A stretch of 64,000 bases of DNA from Alphaproteobacteria bacterium. GTDB taxonomy: Bacteria; Pseudomonadota; Alphaproteobacteria; UBA828. The stretch covers positions 2,528,001 through 2,592,000 of the forward strand of contig CBDEFM010000002.1 in NCBI GenBank assembly GCA_965237415.1, read 5' to 3'. Below are positions 11,344 through 21,475 of this stretch, piece by piece. Numbering within the stretch: position 1 is the stretch's first letter; each line of letters starts with the position of its first letter. Under the pieces are notes generated by a model. It ran no database searches, was not told the origin of the DNA, and worked only from the letters and a program-made list of their open reading frames with translations. A program made the position numbers and the translations under genes.

Positions 11344-13071
11344 TCAGACAGGCACCAAGATGCCCGAGCGCGGGGCAGTGAGAATATCGAGATCGCAGCC
11401 GCGGTCGGCCTGCTCCACATGGGCCAGGTGGAGCGCGAGATAGCCACGCTCCGCACCCGGCGGCGGAGCCGGCGGGCGCCACGCCGCACGGCGCGCATCG
11501 AGCGCAGCCTGCGGCACATCCAGCGTGAGCGAGCGTGCTTTCACGTCGAGGATGATCCGATCGCCGCTCTCGACCAGAGAAAGCGGCCCGCCGATGGCGG
11601 CCTCCGGGCAAGCGTGGAGCACGATGGTGCCGAAGGCGGTGCCGCTCATCCGCGCGTCGGAAAGCCGTACCATGTCGGTCACACCCGCCGTGGCGAGCCT
11701 ACGGGGGATCGGGATGTAGCCGGCTTCCGGCATCCCCGGCGCACCCTTGGGGCCGGCGTTGCGCAACACTAGTACGTCGTCCGGCGTGACGTCGAGCGCG
11801 GGATCGTCGATCCGCTCTGTGAGGTCGGCGAGGGAGTCGAACACGACCGCGCGCCCGGTGTGTCGGCAGAGCGCGGGCGTTGCCGCCGATTGCTTGATGA
11901 TCGCACCGTCCGGCGCGAGGTTGCCGCGCAGCACGGCGATGCCGCCCTCGGGATAGATGGGATCGTCCCGCTCGCGCACCACGTCCTGCGGCCAGGGGGC
12001 GGGCGCGGCGGCGATCTCCTCCCCGAGAGTACGCCCGGTCACGGTCAGGCAGTCGAGATCGAGCTGATCCGCCAGCGCGCGCAGCACCGGCATGAGCCCG
12101 CCGGCCTTGTTCAAATCCTCCATGTAGTGCTGGCCGGAGGGTTTGAGATCGACCAGCACCGGGGTCTCGCGGCTGAGCCGGTCGAGGCGGTCGAGGTCGA
12201 GATCGAAACCGCAGCGCCCGGCGATGGCAGCGAGGTGGATCACCGCGTTGGTCGAGCCGCCGACTGCCAGCAGCACCCTGAGCGCATTGGTGAAGGCGGC
12301 GGGCGAGAGGATGCGATCCGGTGTGAGCCCGTCTGCCGCGAGCGCCACGGCGCGCGCGCCGGTCCCACGCGCAACCCGCTGCCGGTCGGCGAGCACCGCC
12401 GGGATCGCGGCGCTCCCCGGCAGCATCATGCCGAGCGCTTCCGCCGCGCAGGCCATGGTGCTGGCCGTCCCCATCACCATGCAGGTGCCGGCAGAGGGCA
12501 TGAGCCGGCCGCCGACCTCCGCGATCTCGTCCTCATCGACACGGCCGCCCCGGTGAGCACCCCAGTAGCGCCGGCAATCGGTGCAGGCGCCGAGCCGCTC
12601 CCCCCGGTGGCTCCCGGTCAGCATCGGCCCCGTGACCAGCTGGATCGCGGGCACGCCGGCGCTCGCCGCCGCCATGAGCTGCGCCGGCACGGTCTTGTCG
12701 CAGCCGCCGATCAGCACCACAGCGTCGAGCGGATGGGCCCTGATCATCTCCTCCGTGTCCATCGCCATGAGGTTGCGGAAGAGCATGGTTGTCGGGTGCA
12801 TGAAAGGCTCGCCGAGCGAGATCGTGGGGAAGGTCAATGGCAGTCCGCCCGCAGCCGTAACGCCGCGCTCCACCGCTTCGATCAGGGCCGGCACCGTGCC
12901 GTGGCAGCTCACGAGGCCGCTGGCTGTGTTCACGATGCCGATGACAGGTCGGTCGAGCTCCGCCTCGGTGTAGCCCATCGACTTGGCGAAGGCCTTGCGC
13001 AGGAAGAGCGAGAAGCCGGGATCGCCGTAGTCGGTGAGCTTGCGCCGCAGCCCGGTGGGCTTATCGGTCAT
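11344..13071 (-). CDS. IlvD/Edd-family dehydratase (possibly sugar-acid type)
   Basis: GCDKT, CMVMGTASTM, GGSTNAVIHL, GPKGAPGMPE, SDARMSGT. Confidence 0.9.
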   Translation of the reverse strand: MTDKPTGLRRKLTDYGDPGFSLFLRKAFAKSMGYTEAELDRPVIGIVNTASGLVSCHGTVPALIEAVERGVTAAGGLPLTFPTISLGEPFMHPTTMLFRNLMAMDTEEMIRAHPLDAVVLIGGCDKTVPAQLMAAASAGVPAIQLVTGPMLTGSHRGERLGACTDCRRYWGAHRGGRVDEDEIAEVGGRLMPSAGTCMVMGTASTMACAAEALGMMLPGSAAIPAVLADRQRVARGTGARAVALAADGLTPDRILSPAAFTNALRVLLAVGGSTNAVIHLAAIAGRCGFDLDLDRLDRLSRETPVLVDLKPSGQHYMEDLNKAGGLMPVLRALADQLDLDCLTVTGRTLGEEIAAAPAPWPQDVVRERDDPIYPEGGIAVLRGNLAPDGAIIKQSAATPALCRHTGRAVVFDSLADLTERIDDPALDVTPDDVLVLRNAGPKGAPGMPEAGYIPIPRRLATAGVTDMVRLSDARMSGTAFGTIVLHACPEAAIGGPLSLVESGDRIILDVKARSLTLDVPQAALDARRAAWRPPAPPPGAERGYLALHLAHVEQADRGCDLDILTAPRSGILVPV

Positions 13072-13108
13072 GCTCGTCTCCGCCTGCGGGTGGGTAGCAC
13101 AGCGGCCG

Positions 13109-13879
13109 TCACTCGGGCACGAGCCCGCAACTCACGCCGCCGTCGATGGTGAGCGCGATGCCGGTGACCCAGCGCGCCTCGTCCGAGGCGAGGTAAACGA
13201 AGCCCGCGGCGATATGGGCCGGGTCGCCCACGCCGAGGGGGTGCAGCCGTGCCAGCCGCTCCTTGAACCCCTCGGGATCGTCGAGCTGTGAGAGGTGATA
13301 GTCGACCATCGGCGTCTGCACCCAGCCGGGGCAGACGCAGTTGGCCCTGATCTGATCCCTGGCGCCATCCAGCGCCAAGCACTTCGTCAGCATGACGACC
13401 GCGCCCTTGGAGGTCGCATAGGCTACCTGACCCGGCGTGCCAATGAGGCCCGCAACAGAGGCGGTGTTGAGGATCGCGCCGCCGTGGCGCTCGCGCATAT
13501 GGCCCCAGACCGCCTTGGCGCCCCGGTAGATGCTGGTGACGTTGACGTCCATCTGGCGGTCCCAGTCCGCCCGCTCGACCTCCTCCACGCTGCCGATCAC
13601 CGCCTGTCCGGCGTTGTTGACGAGGATATCGACGTGGCCGAGAGCCTCGATGGCGCCAGCGACCATCCCCGCCACGTCGTCGTCCTGCATGACGTCGGCC
13701 TCGATGGCGATGGCGCTGCCGCCCGCCGCCTCGATGGCGCGCACGGTGGCGACGTTGTCGTCGGCGCTGAGCCCCGCGCAGGCAACCGCCGCGCCCTCCT
13801 TGGCAAAGCGCAGCGCCGTGGCGCGGCCGATGCCCGAGCCCGCGCCCGTGACGATGGCCGTCTTGCCGCCCAATCTCAT
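13109..13879 (-). CDS. Short-chain dehydrogenase/reductase
   Basis: [17 protein letters not shown]. Confidence 0.9.
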   Translation of the reverse strand: MRLGGKTAIVTGAGSGIGRATALRFAKEGAAVACAGLSADDNVATVRAIEAAGGSAIAIEADVMQDDDVAGMVAGAIEALGHVDILVNNAGQAVIGSVEEVERADWDRQMDVNVTSIYRGAKAVWGHMRERHGGAILNTASVAGLIGTPGQVAYATSKGAVVMLTKCLALDGARDQIRANCVCPGWVQTPMVDYHLSQLDDPEGFKERLARLHPLGVGDPAHIAAGFVYLASDEARWVTGIALTIDGGVSCGLVPE

Positions 13880-14020
13880 CGTGGCCTCATGCCAGCCTCG
13901 TGCGACCATGCCCCCGCTCAAGCCCGGCGCAGGATAGCCCGGCGCTTTCCGGGCCGCGAGGGTTGACTCCGGTCCCCGCCAGCCGATAGGCCGGGCCGTG
14001 AACGGGACGGAACGGAGGCG

Positions 14021-14833
14021 ATGAGGCTAGAGGGCAAGACCGCCATCGTCACCGGCGGCGGACGCGGCATCGGCCGCGAGATCGGGCGCCGCTTCGCCGC
14101 GGAAGGCGCGCATGTGCTGCTCGCCGATATCGACGGCGACCGGGCGCGCGATGCCGCAGACGAGATCGGCGCGGCAGGCGGGCAGGCGACGCCGTGTACC
14201 GCCGACCTCGGCCTGCCCGAGGGCGCGCGGCACATGTTCGAGCATGCGGAGGACTGCTTCGGCGGACGCCTCGACATTCTCATCAACAATGCGGGCATCG
14301 CCCATCACGGCGCCTTCCTCGAGCTTTCGTTCGAGGATTGGGAGCGCGTGCTGCGCAACAACCTCACCAGCGCCTTCCTCTGCGCGCAGGGGGCCGCGCG
14401 GATCATGGCGGTGAATGGCGGCGGGCGGATCGTCAACATCGGTTCGATCTCGGGCCAGCGCGGCAGCTACGGGCGGACCGCCTACGGCGTCACCAAGGCG
14501 GGCATCCACCAGATGACGCGGATCATGGCGGTCGAGCTCGGCCCGCGCGGCATCGCCGTCAACGCCATCGCGCCCGGCCCCATCGATACCGGCATCACCA
14601 GCATGGGCCCGGATCAGGAGCGCCGTTATCTCGAGCGGATTCCGCTGGAGCGATTCGGCCACGCCCGCGACATCGCAGGCACGGCGCTCTTCCTCGCCAG
14701 CGACGAGGCAGCCTACCTCACCGGCAGCGTCGTCAACGTCGACGGCGGCTTCGATGCCGCCGGCCTCATCTTCAGCTACACAGAACTCACGACGGTGAAG
14801 AGCGATGTCCGCGACCCTAACAAGAGCGACTGA
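14021..14833 (+). CDS. Short-chain dehydrogenase/reductase (FabG-like)
   Basis: TGGGRGIG, NNAG, YGVTK. Confidence 0.9.
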   Translation: MRLEGKTAIVTGGGRGIGREIGRRFAAEGAHVLLADIDGDRARDAADEIGAAGGQATPCTADLGLPEGARHMFEHAEDCFGGRLDILINNAGIAHHGAFLELSFEDWERVLRNNLTSAFLCAQGAARIMAVNGGGRIVNIGSISGQRGSYGRTAYGVTKAGIHQMTRIMAVELGPRGIAVNAIAPGPIDTGITSMGPDQERRYLERIPLERFGHARDIAGTALFLASDEAAYLTGSVVNVDGGFDAAGLIFSYTELTTVKSDVRDPNKSD

Positions 14834-14837
14834 GCCG

Positions 14838-15590
14838 ATGCGTATCAAGGGATGCGAGGCCTTCGTCACCGGCGCCGCCGGCGGCATCGGCGCCCGCCTG
14901 GTAGCGGCGCTGGCGGAGCGCGGCGCCCGGCGCATCCACGCCGCCGACTTGGCCGCTCCGCTCGCGAAGGCGGCGTTTCCGGAAGGCGCGGGCGTGGAAC
15001 CGCTCGCCCTCGACGTGACCGACGAAGCGGCCGTCCAGCGTGCTGCCGAGCAGTGCACGGGCGTCACGCTGGTGGTCAACAATGCCGCCATCGTCGCCTG
15101 GGAAGGCGTGATGAGCGCGCCCACCTTGTCCACCGCACGTACCGTGTTCGAGATCAATTATTGGGGCTATCTGCACGTGGCGCGGGCCTTCGCCCCGCTG
15201 CTGGCGGGGAACGGCGGCGGCGCGCTGGCCAACGTCCTCTCCGAAGTGGCCCGGGTCAACGCGCCCTTCTGCGGCTCCTATTCCGCCAGCAAAGCCGCGG
15301 TGTGGTCCGCGACCCAGTGCATGCGGGCGGAGCTTGCAGCCCAGAGGACCCAAGTGTTTGCGGTGTTCCCGAGCTCGACCGATACCCCGATGGTCGCGGG
15401 CTTCGACGGCGAGAAGCAGCGGCCCGAGGCGGTCGCGGAAGGCATCTGCGACGCGCTGGAAGAAGGCGTGGAGGACGTCTGCATCGGCGCCCACTCGATC
15501 CAGACCGAGGCGCTGATGCGGAGCGATCCCAAGGCGGCCGAGCGGGAGTTCGCGGCGTTACTGCCCGGCGCCGCCGCCATACCCGATTAG
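14838..15590 (+). CDS. Short-chain dehydrogenase/reductase
   Basis: TGAAGGIG, NNAA, YSASK. Confidence 0.85.
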   Translation: MRIKGCEAFVTGAAGGIGARLVAALAERGARRIHAADLAAPLAKAAFPEGAGVEPLALDVTDEAAVQRAAEQCTGVTLVVNNAAIVAWEGVMSAPTLSTARTVFEINYWGYLHVARAFAPLLAGNGGGALANVLSEVARVNAPFCGSYSASKAAVWSATQCMRAELAAQRTQVFAVFPSSTDTPMVAGFDGEKQRPEAVAEGICDALEEGVEDVCIGAHSIQTEALMRSDPKAAEREFAALLPGAAAIPD

Positions 15591-15614
15591 AGAGGAACAC
15601 TCGCCCAGCCAACG

Positions 15615-15781
15615 CCCCGGACCATGGCGTGGTGCGCAGCGCGCACCGCCCACCCCATTTTCGCGCCATGCAGCGCAAGAGTGAGAACGAACACGACACG
15701 GGACGAGCGCGCGTGTGCGACACGGTTCCGCGCGCACGACCCTGCGGCGTGCGCAGGCCGTGATTGTGGCGAGAATTCCGT
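15615..15781 (-). repeat. Degenerate, internally deleted copy of the dispersed intergenic repeat (family A)
   Basis: Reverse complement shares CGGAATTCTCGCCAC with 31097-31111, and CTCTTGCGCTGC plus the end ATGG(G)TCCGGGG with the 50.9 kb copy; lacks the GGGAT array. Confidence 0.6.
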
Positions 15782-15782
15782 C

Positions 15783-17744
15783 CTAGAGCCCAAGCGCGGC
15801 GCGGTGGCCGTCGTGAATGGCGGAGGCGGCATCGCGCGGCAGCAGACAGTCGCCGATGAGCGTGACCGGAACCCCGGCCTCCGCCAGATCGTCGGCAAGT
15901 TCGTCCCGCGCGGCGCGCGGCGTTGCGTAGGTCAGCAGCGCCACGTCCTCGATCGTCGTCTCGGCGCCGGTGATCACGTGGCGGCAGGTGACGCGGTCGC
16001 CCGCGCGGGCGATCGCCTCGGTGAGGCGGCGCACGTCGATGCCGAGGAGCGCGAGCCTGCGCTCGACGCCCATGCGCGACATCAGGTTGACGAAGCGGGC
16101 GTTCTCGGCCGCCGGGGTCAGCAGGACGACGCGGGCGAAGCGCTGCGCCAGCAGCTCGACCGCGCCGTAGACGGCGGGCGTCTGGTCCATGTCGAGCAGG
16201 ACGGCCGTACCCGGCGCCGGTTCCCGATCGGGGCCGGCCTCGACCAAGGTTGCGACAGCCTGCCTGAGATCGACTGCCTCCGCTCCCGCCGCGAGCGCCG
16301 GCGGGCGGCGCATCGTGGAGCCGGCGCCCAGGATCACCGCATCCGGCTCGTACGCCATCACCGAATCTACTGTCGCGGCCTCGCCGAAGCGGAATTCGGC
16401 GCCAGCCTCGATCGCCTTCCTGTGCTGGAATTCGGCGGTCTTCGCCACCTCCGCCCGGCCCGGCAGGCTGGCTTCGAGGCGTGCCGCGCCACCCGGCTCG
16501 GCGCTTGCCGAAAAGACGGTGACCGCATAGCCGCGCGCGGCTGCGACCCACGCGGCCTCCAACCCCGCGAGCCCGGCGCCGATCACCGCCACGCGCTTGC
16601 GGGCATCGGCGGGAGGCGGCTGCCAGCCGGCCTCCCCCGCGCTCCCCAGCACGGGGTTCTGGAAGCAACGGATGGGTTTGCCAGCGTGAATCTCGCCCCA
16701 GCAATAGTTGCAGAAGGTGCAGGCGCGCACGTCGCCGGCCCCGCCGGCCTCTGTCTTGCGCGGCCAATCGGCGTCGGAGATCAGCAGGCGGCTGAAGCCG
16801 ACCATGTCGCAGGCACCCTCGGCTAGCGCGGCCTCTGCCGCCTCTGCCGATTCGATCCTGCCGAGGCCGATCACCGGGAGCCCGCCGCCGGCCGCGCGGA
16901 GCCGCGTGTGGAGAGGCAGGAACGGCCGGGGCGGGTAATGCATGTCGGGCAGATGGGTATCGAACGCAGGCCCGAACGCGCCCTGGCTGAAGGAGAGATA
17001 GTCGAGCACGCCTTCGGCCGCGGCGGTGGCGGCGATACGCTCCGCCTCGTCGGGGTCGATGCCGCCCGGCACACGCTCGTCCGCCGGCAGCTTGATGCCG
17101 ACGATGAAATCCGCCCCGCAGGAGGTGCGGACCGCCGCCATCACCTCGCGCATGAAGCGGGTGCGCCCCTCGAAGCTGCCGCCATAGCCATCCGTCCGGT
17201 CGTTGCAGGCGGGCGAGAGGAACTGCGCGATCAGGTAGCCGTGGGCGCCGTGCAACTCGACCCCGCTGAAGCCCGCACGCTTCAACCGCTCTGCGCTCTC
17301 GGCATAGCCCGCGACGATGCCCGGAATCTCGTCTTCGGCGAGGGGACGGGCGGTGTTCCAGTAGAGCACCTCCGGTTGCGACGACGCGCTGCGCGGCACG
17401 GAATCGAGGCCCCAGAGCTGTTGGCGACCGATGTGGCCGAGCTGGCCGATCAGCCGGCAACCGTGGCGCTCGACTGCCTCGGCCCAGCGCGTGAGCCCCA
17501 CGAGGTTGCCCTCGTCGTGGATGCTCACCAGGATCGGCGCGCCGGTGCTGGTCGGGTGGACGTTCATGAGCTCGGTCACGATCATCGCGGTGCCGCCCTC
17601 GGCGCGGGCCGCGTGATAGGCGATGAGGCGGTCGGTCACGGCACGGTCCTTGCCGAGGCCGGTGACGGTGGCGGTGTGGACGATACGGTTGCGCAATTCG
17701 CGACCGCCCACCGCAATGGGGCTGAACAGGGTATCGAAGGCCAT
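15783..17744 (-). CDS. Old-yellow-enzyme-family NADH:flavin oxidoreductase (FadH/TMADH-like, with Fe-S and FAD domains)
   Basis: ELHGAHGYLIAQFLSP, NDRTDGYGGS, CxxCxxC (CTFCNYC), GAGLAG. Confidence 0.9.
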   Translation of the reverse strand: MAFDTLFSPIAVGGRELRNRIVHTATVTGLGKDRAVTDRLIAYHAARAEGGTAMIVTELMNVHPTSTGAPILVSIHDEGNLVGLTRWAEAVERHGCRLIGQLGHIGRQQLWGLDSVPRSASSQPEVLYWNTARPLAEDEIPGIVAGYAESAERLKRAGFSGVELHGAHGYLIAQFLSPACNDRTDGYGGSFEGRTRFMREVMAAVRTSCGADFIVGIKLPADERVPGGIDPDEAERIAATAAAEGVLDYLSFSQGAFGPAFDTHLPDMHYPPRPFLPLHTRLRAAGGGLPVIGLGRIESAEAAEAALAEGACDMVGFSRLLISDADWPRKTEAGGAGDVRACTFCNYCWGEIHAGKPIRCFQNPVLGSAGEAGWQPPPADARKRVAVIGAGLAGLEAAWVAAARGYAVTVFSASAEPGGAARLEASLPGRAEVAKTAEFQHRKAIEAGAEFRFGEAATVDSVMAYEPDAVILGAGSTMRRPPALAAGAEAVDLRQAVATLVEAGPDREPAPGTAVLLDMDQTPAVYGAVELLAQRFARVVLLTPAAENARFVNLMSRMGVERRLALLGIDVRRLTEAIARAGDRVTCRHVITGAETTIEDVALLTYATPRAARDELADDLAEAGVPVTLIGDCLLPRDAASAIHDGHRAALGL

Positions 17745-17771
17745 GGCCGGGTCCGTCGTGAAGGGTCCGGG

Positions 17772-18611
17772 CTAGGCCTTGGATTTCACCTGCGGCACTG
17801 CCGGGTTGGCCGTGTGCTCAGGCCCGGGGAAACGCCGGGCGCGCACGTCGGCAGCGTAGTCCCGCACAGCACCGGCGAGCCCGTCGCCGAGCGCTGCGTA
17901 GCGCTTGACGAAGCGGGGCGTGAAGGCACCGGCGAGCCCCACGATGTCCTCGGTGACGAGGATCTGACCGTCGCAGGCCGGCGACGCGCCGATCCCGATG
18001 GTGGGCACCGCGAGCTCCTGTGTGAGCGTACGCGAGAGCAGCTCGACCGTGTTCTCGATCACGATGCCGAAGGCGCCTGCGGCCTCGACCGCCCGCGCGT
18101 CGGCGAGGATGCGCCGCGCGCTCTCTTCGGTCTTGCCCTGAACCTGGAAGCCGGCCGCGTTGACCGATTGCGGCATCAGCCCGATATGGCCCAGGACGGG
18201 CACGCCGCGCACCGTGAGGAAATCGATCGTCTCCGCCATCTCCTGCCCGCCCTCGAGCTTGACCGCCGCGCAGCCGGTCTCCGCCACGATGCGCGCGGCG
18301 GTGCCGAATGCCTGGGCCGGCGATTGCTGGTAGGAGCCGAAGGGGAGGTCCACGACGATGCAGGCCCGCCTGGTGGCGCGGACCACCGCGCGGCCGTGGG
18401 CGATCATCATGTCGACCGTGACGCCGACCGTCGAGTCCATGCCGTAGAGCACCATGCCGAGCGAATCGCCCACCAGGATGAAGTCGCAGGCCTCATCGAC
18501 AATGCGGGCGACGGGCGCCGTGTACGCGGTGAGGCTCACGATCGGCTCGCCCCCCTTGGCGCGGGCGATATCGCGGACAGTGAGCCGCCGGACCGGGCTG
18601 TCGTTGGCCAT
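17772..18611 (-). CDS. panB: 3-methyl-2-oxobutanoate hydroxymethyltransferase
   Basis: [38 protein letters not shown]...CDGQILV. Confidence 0.95.
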   Translation of the reverse strand: MANDSPVRRLTVRDIARAKGGEPIVSLTAYTAPVARIVDEACDFILVGDSLGMVLYGMDSTVGVTVDMMIAHGRAVVRATRRACIVVDLPFGSYQQSPAQAFGTAARIVAETGCAAVKLEGGQEMAETIDFLTVRGVPVLGHIGLMPQSVNAAGFQVQGKTEESARRILADARAVEAAGAFGIVIENTVELLSRTLTQELAVPTIGIGASPACDGQILVTEDIVGLAGAFTPRFVKRYAALGDGLAGAVRDYAADVRARRFPGPEHTANPAVPQVKSKA

Positions 18612-18666
18612 GTCATCGCCTCCCTGGCGAGGCCCTGCGGGCGGCTCGCAGCCGCCCCGGCGCTTT

Positions 18667-18738
18667 ATGCTGCGCCGCAACAAAGGCTCATTGTAACAAA
18701 CGCAACGGCATTGTGAAGAAGATGTTGCAATGCAGCAT
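18667..18738. promoter_or_regulatory. Two TGC-N3-GCA palindromes upstream of panB (PhaR-box-like)
   Basis: TGCTGC-GCC-GCAACA at 18668-18682 and ATGTTGC-AAT-GCAGCAT at 18722-18738, in an AT-richer spacer. Confidence 0.4.
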
Positions 18739-18753
18739 GATGCTGCCGCGATC

Positions 18754-19071
18754 TCAATTGATGGTGCGAACGGTGCGGTAGCGGCCGTTCTCGAAGCCGC
18801 CGAAGAGGTGGTCCAGCAGCCGGTGGTGAATGGGGCCGCCCTCCGGGTCGGGCTCCAAATGTCGTTCGGCGACATAGGTCGTGTGCGCTGCATCGTGGAC
18901 CAGCACGTGATACCAGGGCCGGTCCTTCGGCGGGCGCGAGCGGGCGACCTGCTCGTACCACTCGTCGGTGCCCTGGAAGTACGGATCCACGTCGAACACC
19001 ACGCCGCGATAGCCGAATTTCAGGTGGTGCACGATCTGGCCGACCTCGAATTTCGCGGCGCTGACCGTCAT
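18754..19071 (-). CDS. hspQ: Heat shock protein HspQ
   Basis: [25 protein letters not shown]...RPWYHVL...TYVAERHL. Confidence 0.9.
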   Translation of the reverse strand: MTVSAAKFEVGQIVHHLKFGYRGVVFDVDPYFQGTDEWYEQVARSRPPKDRPWYHVLVHDAAHTTYVAERHLEPDPEGGPIHHRLLDHLFGGFENGRYRTVRTIN

Positions 19072-19118
19072 CGTTGGCCTCCCACGCCCGTGGCGCCCCG
19101 GCCGCAGGATGAAGCCGG

Positions 19119-19162
19119 GCGCCACCCATGCGCCACTGGTGCGCCACCGGTGCGCCACTATA
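19119..19162. repeat. Four tandem 11-bp repeats (GCGCCACnnnT-like) upstream of hspQ
   Basis: GCGCCAC starts at 19119, 19130, 19141 and 19152. Confidence 0.7.
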
Positions 19163-19242
19163 GTGTGCGCCGGCCTCTCCGGCCAATCGACCCAACGCCA
19201 CGCCGGACTCTTACCGTTGCGTGCAGCCCCGGGGCGTTGAAC

Positions 19243-20232
19243 TTACTGTTCGGCCGTCTGCGCCGCCGAGAGCGATAAGCGGTCGCGATCGTGCGGGCGG
19301 GCGAAGTCGAGCTCCGGCCCCTTGGGCACGATGCGGGTGGGATTGACGCTCACATGGCTGCCGTAATAGTGCCCCTTGATGTGCGCCATGTTCACCGTGT
19401 CGGCGACCCCCGGATACTGGTATAGCTCCCGCACGTAGTTGCCCAGGTTGGGATAGTCCTCGATCCGGCGCCGGTTGCACTTGAAGTGCCCGACATAGAC
19501 GGCATCGAACCGGACCAACGTGGGGAAGAGCCGCCAGTCCGCCTCCGTGATGCGCTCGCCCGCCACGTAGCGTTGCGCGTCCAGCCTCGCCTCCAGCGCG
19601 TCCAAGGTCGCGAACAGCGCGTCGAAGGCGTCCTCATAGGCCGCCTGCGATCGGGCGAAACCGGTCTTGTAGACGCCGTTGTTCACGTGCTCGTAGATCG
19701 GCTCGTTGATCGCGTCGATCTCGTCCCGAAGCGGCGCCGGGTAGAAATCCGGCTCGCCGTTGCCCCATCCGTTGAACGCCACATTGAGCATCCGGATGAT
19801 CTCGGCGGACTCGTTGTTGACGATAGTCTTTTCCCGCTTGTCCCAGAGCACAGGCACCGAGACGCGGCCGGTATAATCGTCCTTCGCCAGCTTGTAGATC
19901 TCGCGCAGATACCGGGTGCCGTTGAGCGTGTCCGGGATACAGCCCGGTCCGTCGCTGAAGTGCCAGCCTTCGTCGCTCGTAAACGGGTCGACCACCGAGA
20001 CCGAAATCACATCCTCAAGCTTGCGCAGCGCACGAAAGATCATCGTGCGGTGCGCCCAGGGGCATGCGTGCGACACATAGAGGTGGTAGCGGCCCGGCTC
20101 GGCCTTGAAGCCGGAGGAGCCATCGGCGGTGACGGTGTTGCGAAAGGAGGTCGTGGCGCGCACGAAGCGGCCGTCGGCCGCAGTCCTTTCGTCCCCATCC
20201 TTGAGCCACGCGCCGTCGATCATCGTGCCCAT
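19243..20232 (-). CDS. Glutathionyl-hydroquinone reductase (YqjG-like GST)
   Basis: YVSHACPWAHR, VPVLWDK...IVNNESAEI, VNNGVYKTGFA, DWRLFPTLVRFD. Confidence 0.9.
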   Translation of the reverse strand: MGTMIDGAWLKDGDERTAADGRFVRATTSFRNTVTADGSSGFKAEPGRYHLYVSHACPWAHRTMIFRALRKLEDVISVSVVDPFTSDEGWHFSDGPGCIPDTLNGTRYLREIYKLAKDDYTGRVSVPVLWDKREKTIVNNESAEIIRMLNVAFNGWGNGEPDFYPAPLRDEIDAINEPIYEHVNNGVYKTGFARSQAAYEDAFDALFATLDALEARLDAQRYVAGERITEADWRLFPTLVRFDAVYVGHFKCNRRRIEDYPNLGNYVRELYQYPGVADTVNMAHIKGHYYGSHVSVNPTRIVPKGPELDFARPHDRDRLSLSAAQTAEQ

Positions 20233-20264
20233 CGTATGGTCTCCTAGTGCGGTGCGGTGCGGGC

Positions 20265-21320
20265 TCAGAGAGCTTCGCGCGAACGGCTGGCGGCGGAGGC
20301 AGCAGGGGCCGGCGGCTCCGGCGAGGGTGGCGCCTCGGCTCGTCGTATCCGGATGCGGGAGAGAAGGCTCTTTCCCTCGGCGATCTGCCAAGCAAGGAGG
20401 CCGGGAACGCCGATCACCAGCTCGCGTACCCGCTTGACCAGCGATAGCGCGAGCGCCACTTCGGGCCCGAGGCCGATCATCCCGCCGAGCAGCACCAGCA
20501 CGCCCTCTTGCACGCCAAGCGCGCCCGGCACGAAGAACGCGGCGGTGCGCGTCGCCAGGATGAGGCTCTCGAGTAGCAGCGCGTCGGCGACGGTGACCTC
20601 ATGGCCCATGAAGTGGAGCGCGGCATAGACCTCGGCCGCGCCGAGCACCCAGGCGGCGAGCTGGCCGGTCGCGTTGCCCGCCAGAAGCCAGCGCCGGCGG
20701 TAGAGATCGAGGATCGCCTCGTCGAGCGCCTGGGCGCCGCCGATGGCGTTGTCCCAGGCTCGACCCCTGGCGAAGCGTGCCACGAGGCCGGTGATCCAGC
20801 CGAAGAGGCCGCGCTGTTGGAAGACGCAGAGCAGGATGACGACCACGAACCCGCCCGCGACGCAAAAGCCGATGGCGCGCGCGATATCGCTCTCGCCGTG
20901 GTGGGCCATCAGCAGGCCAATGCCGACCAGGGTGAAGAACAGCAGGGTGATCGTGCTTAGGGTAAGGTCGACGACGACACTCGCGCCCGCGATTCGCCCG
21001 GGCACGCCGCGCATGACCATGAGCCGCGAGCGGACCACCGCGCCCCCCACCTGAAACGCCGGCACCAGCGTGTTGACCGCTTCCCCGATCCAGCGCGCCC
21101 AGAGCGCCGTCAGCACCGGCGGCCGGTGGCCTTCCAGAAAAAGCAGCCGCCAGACATAGCCGTCGAGCATGATCGGCACGAGGCGCACCAGGACGACCAC
21201 GACGATTCCCCAGCTCACCGCGGCGACGGCAGCCGCCACGTCGCCGGCGCCCTGATAGCACACCAGCCCGATGACCAGCGCGATACCGACGATGAGTCCG
21301 ATGTAGCTCCAGCGCCTCAC
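20265..21320 (-). CDS. Lysylphosphatidylglycerol synthase TM-domain (HpnL-like) membrane protein
   Basis: Multiple TM segments, WIGEAVNTLVPAFQVGG, FFVPGALGVQEG, LVKRVRE; GTG start assumed. Confidence 0.75.
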   Translation of the reverse strand: MRRWSYIGLIVGIALVIGLVCYQGAGDVAAAVAAVSWGIVVVVLVRLVPIMLDGYVWRLLFLEGHRPPVLTALWARWIGEAVNTLVPAFQVGGAVVRSRLMVMRGVPGRIAGASVVVDLTLSTITLLFFTLVGIGLLMAHHGESDIARAIGFCVAGGFVVVILLCVFQQRGLFGWITGLVARFARGRAWDNAIGGAQALDEAILDLYRRRWLLAGNATGQLAAWVLGAAEVYAALHFMGHEVTVADALLLESLILATRTAAFFVPGALGVQEGVLVLLGGMIGLGPEVALALSLVKRVRELVIGVPGLLAWQIAEGKSLLSRIRIRRAEAPPSPEPPAPAASAASRSREAL

Positions 21321-21475
21321 CGGCGATTCCTTCTTCCACCATGAGCGCGAGAGGCCCCCGGCCGGGCCGGGGGGCGCCCCATTATACCGGCGCGCTCGCG
21401 AATCGACTCGTCCATTGATTGGAGCGGTTGTGCTGCCCGAATTGCCTCCTCGGCTGTACCAGGACCGCGGCAGCG

